Shown piece by piece: positions 56,330 through 64,000 of a stretch of 64,000 bases of DNA. The notes under the pieces are model-generated. The model saw nothing but the letters and a program-made list of their open reading frames with translations, did no database searches and was not told where the DNA came from. How positions within the stretch are numbered: position 1 is the stretch's first letter; the number at the start of each line of letters is the position of its first letter. The translations under genes and the position numbers were made by a program. Origin of the DNA: Camelus ferus (Eukaryota); assembly GCF_009834535.1 (NCBI RefSeq), contig NC_045697.1:88724001-88788000 (forward strand). Direction: 5' to 3'.

Positions 56330-56830
56330 ATCCTTCCTCCTGCTCTAACAGACCCTCACCCCCCGCCTTTCTTTTATTTCTCTCGACCCCCTTACCTCTG
56401 AGTTATTACTAGCATAACAACCTAACGGTCTTCCCCCAGACCCCGCCACTAAAGTTATTTATCTGCAAACCTGACCCCACCCCCATCTATCCTGCGGAGG
56501 CTTTTTGCTGTTATTGCTCAGACGCCGGCCAAGATTTGACCAAAAAGAAAAAGAAAAAAAGCACCCCCCTTCTCAGCGCCTCCTACTCGCCGGGCTCCCA
56601 CACCCGACCGCCTACAGTCCTCCGGGAGACTGGAGTGATTAGCATCCCGAGAAGCCAGTCCGAAGCCGAAAAAGGCGGAGAGCGCTCGCGGTAGGAGTGC
56701 CAGGCGGGGCTGCTTCAGCTCCGGCCCAATGGGGCTGGGGTAAGGGAGGGGCAGTAGGTGACAGCACCGGGAGCTAGGGGGAGTCCGGGCGAACTAAAGT
56801 GCGGGGATCAATGAGTGGCGAGCAAAGTTT
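56330..56830 (+). promoter_or_regulatory. FAT4 CpG-island promoter, no obvious TATA box
   Basis: Sharp change from AT-rich to GC/CpG-rich DNA; CCAAT at 56726-56730; GC boxes (ggcgggg 56703-56709, ccccgcc near 56381 and 56441). Confidence 0.7.
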
Positions 56831-56907
56831 CTGAGTCCTGCTCCAGCTTGCGGTCTTCCCTCCCCCTCTGTTTGTGTTTCGGCGACGCGCTCTGTGTGTG
56901 TGCGTGC

Positions 56908-56948
<41 letters not shown>

Positions 56949-57858
56949 CGCGCGCGCGTGCGGCGGGGAAGGGGCGGGGAGAGTGTGAGGGACCAGCCGG
57001 AGGTTGAGAGGGGCTCGCTGAGCTCCAGCTCCACGGCGGTACTACCTTCAGCCCAGGCAGGCGAGAGGGAGAGCGCTGACAGCCGCGGTCCGGAGCTGCT
57101 GAAGGCGTCGCCACAGCCCAGCGTCGACTTACCCGCCTCCACCACCAACAGTGAAGGAGAAAGAGGGACCAACCACCCCCACCCCGCCCCAAACAAAAAG
57201 CCTTGTGGATTACAAAGTGAAACTGACACGGGACAATAAAAGCAAAGGGCACGAGGTCAGGGGCGAGGCGCACTAGAGTGGGCTTCTCTGACTGGGGCGC
57301 GGGAGAAGGAGCCTCCTGGCATGGTGAGGGGAGGGGAGCGCTGCTCCTGCCCGACCCCGGCGAGGCCGAGAAGAAAGGGGGACCGGCGCTCGATTTGGAT
57401 GTACAAATAATGGGTCGACAGGCGTCCCAGCAGAGGTAAAAATAATAAATAAATAAATTTTAAAATGCCTAGAAGCTCTGGATTTTGCCTGAGCCCGACT
57501 ACGGGTTCGAAGCAGCAGCAGGGGCGGCGGCGGCGGCTGCTGGAAGAGAAGGGACGGAGCTGAGCGCTCCCGGGTACCGGAGCCCTAGCGCCAACGCGAG
57601 CGCTTGGAACGCAGTTTGCTCGCTGCCCGCGCTCAGACGCCGCCGCCTGGGCCTCAGCGGCCACTTCTGCAGCCTTGCTGGAGGGGCGTTGCAGCCTTGT
57701 TCTTGAGGAGTGGGGACTCGAAGTCCCTTTTCTTCGGCTTTTGGGAAAGGAATTCGATAATCTCTCGGTTCCCCGTCGCCCCCTTCCCCGTGCGTAGTCG
57801 TTTTTTCCACACATCGCTACGGACGGTTGTCCTTCCCTCTTCAGTTTCTTCGCCGTGG
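56820..57858 (+). other. FAT4: Probable non-coding exon 1 (5' UTR) of FAT4; 5' end approximate
   Basis: CpG-rich stretch downstream of CCAAT/GC boxes ending at a consensus donor GG|gtaagt (57859). This gives a 428-bp intron to the acceptor at 58286. The TSS cannot be fixed from sequence alone. Confidence 0.65.
56893..56962. repeat. Compound microsatellite (TG)n/(TGCG)n/(CG)9
   Basis: Read directly; 70 nt of uninterrupted pyrimidine-purine alternation. Confidence 0.95.
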
Positions 57859-58254
57859 GTAAGTTCTAAAGTTTCTGAGACAGTTGTTTGCAATGATTCC
57901 TCATATACCTTAACTACAGGCAATCTCTCGCAACTCACATCTACCCGGGCGAAAAAGCTCAGACTCTGTATTCAAAAACAAAGTGAAGGGGGAAAATGTA
58001 GGAGGTTTGAGAAACTTTTCTGGGAACTCATCAAAGCACAGGAGACAGGAGTGTCCAGAGGAATGCCCTGCTGCTTTTCCTCAAGGCATCTCTCTCCCAG
58101 TAAGCGTCCAAATGGCTACCTGGAGCCTTTTGCGGATGCGACTTGCTTCTGCTGGGCTGGAGGTTCTTTGAAATAGCAGAGCTCTCAGACAGAGCCATCT
58201 GCTGCATGTTTGCTAGGGCTGCTTAATCCCTGTCATCATCACACTTTTTGCCTC

Positions 58255-58286
58255 ACTTCTTCCTTCTCTTTATCACGCCGTTCCAG
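58255..58286 (+). other. FAT4: Splice acceptor of the FAT4 coding exon (pyrimidine tract + cag)
   Basis: cttcttccttctctttatcacgccgttccag|GGAGCCAGGACCATG; leaves 12 nt of 5' UTR before the ATG. Confidence 0.85.
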
Positions 58287-58298
58287 GGAGCCAGGACC

Positions 58299-61200
58299 AT
58301 GGACTTGGCAGCAGACAGGGCTCCTGGCCGCCCGTGGCTCCCGCTGCCCCCTTTATCATTATTTCAGCTCCTTCGCATCTTTTGGCTGTGGTCACTACTC
58401 CCGGGGCCAGCCCGTGTCAGCGGGGCTGAGCAGCGCCAGGTGTTTCAGGTGCTGGAGGAGCAACCTCCCGGCACGCTGGTGGGTACCATCCAGACGCGCC
58501 CAGGCTTCACCTATCGGCTCAGCGAAAGCCACGCCCTGTTTGCCATAAACAGTAGCACCGGAGCCCTGTACACCACTGCCACCATCGACCGCGAGAGCCT
58601 ACCCAGCGACGTGATCAACCTGGTGGTTCTTTCCAGCTCGCCCACCTACCCCACCGAAGTGCGAGTGTTGGTGCAGGACCTCAACGACAACGCCCCCGTC
58701 TTCCCGGACCCTTCGATTGTGGTCACGTTCAAGGAGGACAGTAGCAGCGGGCGGCAAGTCATCTTGGATACGGCCACCGACTCGGATATCGGCTCCAATG
58801 GTGTGGACCACCGCTCCTATCGCATCATCCAGGGCAACGAGGCGGGCCGCTTCCGCCTGGACATCACCCTGAACCCGAGTGGCGAGGGCGCGTTCTTGCA
58901 TCTGGTGTCTAAGGGTGGGCTTGACCGCGAGGTCACACCACAGTACCAGCTACTGGTGGAAGTGGAGGACAAGGGCGAGCCGAAGCGGCGGGGCTACCTT
59001 CAGGTAAATGTGACTGTGCAGGACATTAATGACAATCCCCCGGTTTTTGGCAGTTCCCACTACCAGGCGGGGGTGCCTGAGGACGCGGTGGTGGGCTCCA
59101 GCGTCCTCCAGGTGGCGGCGGCGGATGCGGACGAGGGCACCAACGCGGATATCCGCTATCGGCTGCAGGACGAGGGGACTCCGTTCCAAATGGACCCCGA
59201 AACGGGGCTTATCACGGTGCGGGAGCCCCTGGACTTCGAGGCCCGGCGCCAGTACTCGCTTACCGTGCAGGCTATGGACCGAGGCGTGCCTTCCCTCACT
59301 GGGCGCGCCGAGGCGCTGATTCAGCTGCTGGACGTCAACGACAACGACCCCGTGGTAAAATTCCGCTACTTCCCTGCCACCTCACGCTATGCCTCCGTAG
59401 ATGAGAACGCTCAAGTGGGCACTGTGGTGGCTCTGCTCACCGTGACGGACGCAGACTCCCCCGCGGCCAACGGGAACATCTCTGTGCAGATTCTTGGGGG
59501 CAATGAGCAGCGCCACTTTGAGGTGCAGAGCAGCAAAGTGCCGAACCTGAGCCTCATCAAAGTAGCCAGCGCCCTGGACCGGGAGCGCATCCCTTCTTAC
59601 AACCTAACAGTTTCTGTCTCTGATAACTACGGGGCGCCCCCTGGCGCAGCGGTCCAGGCGCGCTCTTCTGTGGCAAGCTTGGTGATTTTCGTCAATGACA
59701 TCAATGACCACCCTCCCGTCTTTGCACAGCAAGTGTACCGAGTGAACCTGAGCGAGGAGGCGCCCCCAGGAAGCTATGTGAGTGGAGTATCTGCCACTGA
59801 CGGCGACTCTGGTCTCAATGCTAATCTGCGTTACAGCATCGTCTCTGGCAATGGACTAGGTTGGTTCCACATCAGTGAACATAGCGGCCTGGTGACCACT
59901 GGGCTTGCTGGGGGCTTGGACCGTGAACTTGCTTCTCAGATTGTACTGAACTATCAGTGCTCGGGACCAGGGAGTTCACCCCAAAGTTTCCTATGCCCAG
60001 CTGGTAGTAACTCTATTGGATGTGAATGATGAAAAGCCAGTGTTTAGCCAGCCGGAAGGATATGAGGTGTCTGTGGTTGAGAATGCTCCTACAGGGACAG
60101 AACTCCTGGTGCTTGGGGCAACTGATGGGGACTTGGGTGACAATGGGACAGTGCGTTTCTCCCTACAAGAGGCTGAGACTGACCAGAGGTCATTCCGACT
60201 GGATCCTGTGTCTGGGAGGTTGAGTACTATCTCCTCCTTGGACAGAGAGGAGCAAGCTTTCTACTCCCTATTGGTTCTGGCCACGGATCTGGGCTCCCCT
60301 CCCCAGTCATCAATGGCTCGTATAAATGTGAGTCTTCTGGATATTAATGACAACAGCCCTGTGTTCTACCCTGTCCAGTACTTTGCTCATATTCAGGAGA
60401 ATGAGCCTGGAGGTAGCTACATCACCACAGTGTCTGCCACTGACCCAGATTTGGGTCTCAATGGGACTGTCAAATATAGTATGTCAGCTGGGGACAGGTC
60501 TCGGTTTCAGGTCAATGCTCAGAGTGGGGTTATTTCTACAAGAATGGCCCTAGACAGAGAAGAAAAAACTGCTTACCAGTTGCAAATAGTGGCTACTGAT
60601 GGTGGCAATTTACAGTCTCCCAACCAGGCAATAGTCACCATCACTGTATTGGACACTCAAGACAACCCACCTGTATTCAGCCAGGCTGCCTATAGCTTCG
60701 TGGTCTTTGAGAATGTGGCTCTGGGATATCATGTGGGTAGTGTGTCTGCATCCACCATGGATCTCAATTCCAACATCACTTATCTCATTACTACTGGGGA
60801 TCAGAAAGGTATGTTTGCTATCAACCAGGTCACTGGGCAGCTTACCACAGCAAGTGTGATTGACAGAGAAGAGCAATCCTTCTATCAGCTGAAAGTAGTA
60901 GCCAGTGGGGGCACCATAACTGGAGACACTGTGGTTAACATAACAGTTAAGGATTTAAATGACAACTCTCCCCATTTCCTTCAGGCAGTAGAGAGTGTGA
61001 ATGTGGTGGAGAATTGGCAGGCAGGTCACAGCATTTTCCAAGCCAAAGCTATGGACCCTGATGAAGGTGTCAATGGCATGGTACTCTATAGCCTGAAGCA
61101 AAACCCCAAGAACCTCTTTGCTATCAATGAAAAGAATGGTAACATTAGTCTGCTAGGTCCCCTGGATGTCCATGCTGGTTCCTACCAGATAGAGATCTTG

Positions 61201-63474
61201 GCATCTGATCTGGGTGTTCCCCAGCTCTCCTCTAGTTTCATCTTAACAGTTTATGTCCATGATGTGAATGACAACCCACCAGTGTTTGACCAGCTTTCAT
61301 ATGAGGTCACCCTTTCTGAGTCAGAACCTGTGAATTCTCGATTCTTTAAAGTGCAAGCTTTTGATAAAGATTCAGGAGCAAATGGGGAAATTGCATACAG
61401 CATTGCTGAAGGAAATACAGGGGATGCTTTTGGCATATTCCCAGATGGTCAATTGTATATAAAAAGTGAACTGGACCGTGAACTTCAAGACAGATATGTT
61501 TTACTGGTGGTTGCTTCTGACAGAGCAGTGGAACCCCTTAGTGCTACTGTGAATGTTACTATAATTTTAGAAGATGTAAATGATAACAGACCTCTTTTTA
61601 ACAGTACCAATTACACATTTTACTTTGAAGAAGAACAGAGAGCAGGGTCATTTGTGGGCAAAGTAAGTGCTATAGATAAAGACTTTGGGCCAAATGGAGA
61701 AGTAAGGTATTCTTTTGAAACGGTGCAGCCAGATTTTGAGTTGCATGCAGTTAGTGGGGAAATTACAAATACTCATCAGTTTGACAGGGAGTCTCTTATG
61801 AGGCGGAGGGGGACTGCAGTGTTTAGCTTTACAGTCATTGCAACAGATCAGGGGCTCCCTCAGCCCCTCAAGGATCAGGCCACCGTACATGTGTACATGA
61901 AGGATATAAACGATAATGCTCCCAAGTTTTTAAAAGACTTTTACCAAGCTACAATATCAGAGTCAGCAGCCAACCTGACCCAGGTTTTAAGAGTTTCGGC
62001 CTCAGATGTTGATGAAGGTAGTAATGGACTTATTCATTATTCTGTAATAAAAGGAAATGAAGAGAGACAGTTCGCCATAGATAGTACCTCTGGTCAGGTG
62101 ACACTGATTGGCACCTTAGACTACGAAGCAACAGCTACCTATTCCCTTGTAATTCAAGCGGTGGATTCAGGGGCAGTCTCCCTCAATTCAACTTGTACCT
62201 TAAATATTGATATTTTAGATGAAAATGACAATACCCCTTCCTTCCCTAAATCAACTCTATTTGTTGACGTTTTGGAAAATATGAGAATTGGTGAACTCGT
62301 GTCCTCTGTTACTGCCACTGATTCAGATTCAGGTGACAATGCTGATTTACATTACAGTATTACTGGGACTAACAACCATGGGACTTTTAGCATTAGCCCC
62401 AACACTGGGAGTATTTTTCTTGCCAAAAAATTGGACTTTGAAACACAGTCTTTGTACAAATTAAATATAACAGCAAAAGACCAAGGAAGGCCTCCTCGTT
62501 CATCTACGATGTCAGTGGTTATACACGTGAGAGACTTCAATGACAATCCTCCTAGCTTTCCTCCTGGGGATATTTTCAAGTCTATTGTTGAGAACATTCC
62601 CATTGGAACGTCTGTCATTTCAGTGACTGCACATGACCCTGATGCGGACATTAATGGGCAACTCTCCTATACGATCATTCAGCAGATGCCAAGGGGCAAC
62701 CACTTTGGCATAGATGAAGTCAAGGGCACTATATATACTAATGCTGAAATAGATCGGGAATTTGCTAATCTCTTTGAGCTAACTGTAAAAGCCAATGATC
62801 AAGCAGTGCCTATAGAAACCAGAAGGTATGCTTTGAAAAACGTGACCATTTTGGTTACAGACCTCAATGACAATGTTCCCATGTTTATATCACAAAACGC
62901 CCTTGCTGCAGACCCTTCAGCTGTGATTGGTTCTGTTCTGACGACAATTATGGCGGCTGACCCAGATGAAGGGGCCAACGGAGAGGTGGAGTATGAGATC
63001 ATCAATGGGGACACAGACACCTTCATCGTGGATCGTTACAGTGGAGACCTGAGAGTGGCTTCGGCGCTGGTGCCTTCTCAGCTGATCTATAATCTCATAG
63101 TGTCAGCAACAGACCTTGGCCCTGAGAGGAGGAAATCAACCACTGAATTGACCATCATTCTTCAAGGCCTTGATGGACCTGTTTTTACGCAACCCAAATA
63201 TATAACTATTTTGAAGGAAGGCGAACCCATTGGCACCAACGTAATATCAATAGAAGCAGCTAGCCCCAGAGGATCTGAAGCCCCGGTGGAGTATTACATT
63301 GTTTCAGTCCGTTGTGAAGAAAAAACTGTTGGACGTCTCTTTACTATTGGACGACAAACGGGTGTGATTCAGACTGCAGCCATTCTGGACCGGGAGCAAG
63401 GAGCGTGTCTTTACCTGGTGGATGTTTATGCCATAGAAAAATCAACTGCTTTTCCCAGAACACAGAGAGCAGAG
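58299..63474 (+). CDS. FAT4: FAT atypical cadherin 4 (protocadherin Fat 4), first coding exon; the gene continues beyond the window; one apparent +1 frameshift at 59951/59952
   Basis: ATG at 58299 in a strong Kozak context (accATGg) gives MDLAADRAPGRPWLPL..., then a hydrophobic signal-peptide-like segment and about 16 tandem cadherin repeats (LDRE, DxNDNxPxF, AxDxD motifs). The exon ends at GAG|gtaatg (63474/63475). Coding length is 5176 nt = 1725 codons + 1. Removing one base at 59951/59952 joins the two ORFs (…QIVLN-ISARDQGVHPKVSYAQLVVTLLDVNDEKP…). The protein is recognisable as mammalian FAT4. Confidence 0.96.
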
Positions 63475-64000
63475 GTAATGATTTTGCAGTCACTTATGAA
63501 TTATTTGTTGCTGTGTTTTTTAGAAAGATTGCTCTATATTTCCTTTACATAATGATTTACCTTTATTTTTTATTGTTAATTGTACTGACAAGAGCATACA
63601 AAAATGTTCTATCACAGAGCCTAATAAGAATTACCTAAAATTTAGCTTTCATCCTGGTCAGAACCAGTGAAGAGTTTTTACCTTATATTTCATCTCATGC
63701 AATCATATGAGTAAGGCTAAGGAGAACTCTCTAGCTATTTCAAAAGTGCAAACAAAAAATCCACTTATCTAAGTTAAATCACTGCACTAAAGACAGCCTG
63801 GTAAGGAAGTCATAGAGGCTGAGCAATTTCAGACTTAAGAAATCCCTGTTCCAAAACGAAACATTTTGGTAGAAATCAGCATTCTGGAATAGCTATCTAG
63901 GGGGAGTGGCAACGGAGGATGGGGGATAGTTTACATCAGGACGGTATTAACTTTCACATCCTCAGCAGTCTTGGCAGTTTCTTTATAGACAGTGACTAAT

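Larger units (their letters stand above)
56520..59810. promoter_or_regulatory. CpG island covering the promoter, exon 1 and the first ~1.5 kb of the coding exon (CpG-poorer gap in the intron)
   Basis: Very frequent CG dinucleotides compared with the rest of the window; boundaries estimated by eye. Confidence 0.85.

Noticed and set aside
56774..58176. Overlapping 100-190 aa ORFs on both strands in the CpG island
   Set aside because: Expected from high GC and microsatellites; low-complexity translations, mostly non-ATG starts, no recognisable domains.
58248..58298. N-terminal extension MPHFFLLFITPFQGART
   Set aside because: Starts at TTG inside the intron's pyrimidine tract; the true start is ATG 58299.
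58248..60029. 593-aa and 1178-aa ORFs as two separate cadherin genes, or a programmed frameshift
   Set aside because: They are one FAT4 exon split by a single extra base. There is no slippery heptamer at the site, and the second ORF begins at a TTG in mid-repeat.
63475..63552. C-terminal tail VMILQSLMNYLLLCFLERLLYISFT as a membrane anchor
   Set aside because: Read-through past the splice donor into the intron; no evidence for such an isoform from sequence alone.

Overview
Mammalian genomic DNA, probably camelid (inferred from six copies of a tRNA-Ala-like SINE resembling Vic-1). The first ~56 kb are AT-rich, gene-free sequence with L1, L2, MIR, MaLR/ERV LTRs, hAT DNA-transposon relics and SINEs. 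The last ~7.5 kb hold the CpG-island promoter, a probable non-coding first exon, a ~430-bp intron and the very large first coding exon (58287-63474) of the atypical cadherin gene FAT4. That exon carries one extra base at 59951/59952, which splits the reading frame into the 593-aa and 1178-aa ORFs of the track; an assembly or consensus error is the most likely cause. Other notable points: a 70-bp perfect purine/pyrimidine alternation and three stacked uORFs in the FAT4 leader, two tandem duplications (157 bp and ~143 bp), a poly(A)-only retrotransposition scar, a length-neutral templated replacement inside an L1, and an intact solo ERV1-type LTR. I found no convincing evidence for a new multi-gene biological system. 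Repeat family names come from recall of consensus sequences, not from a search.
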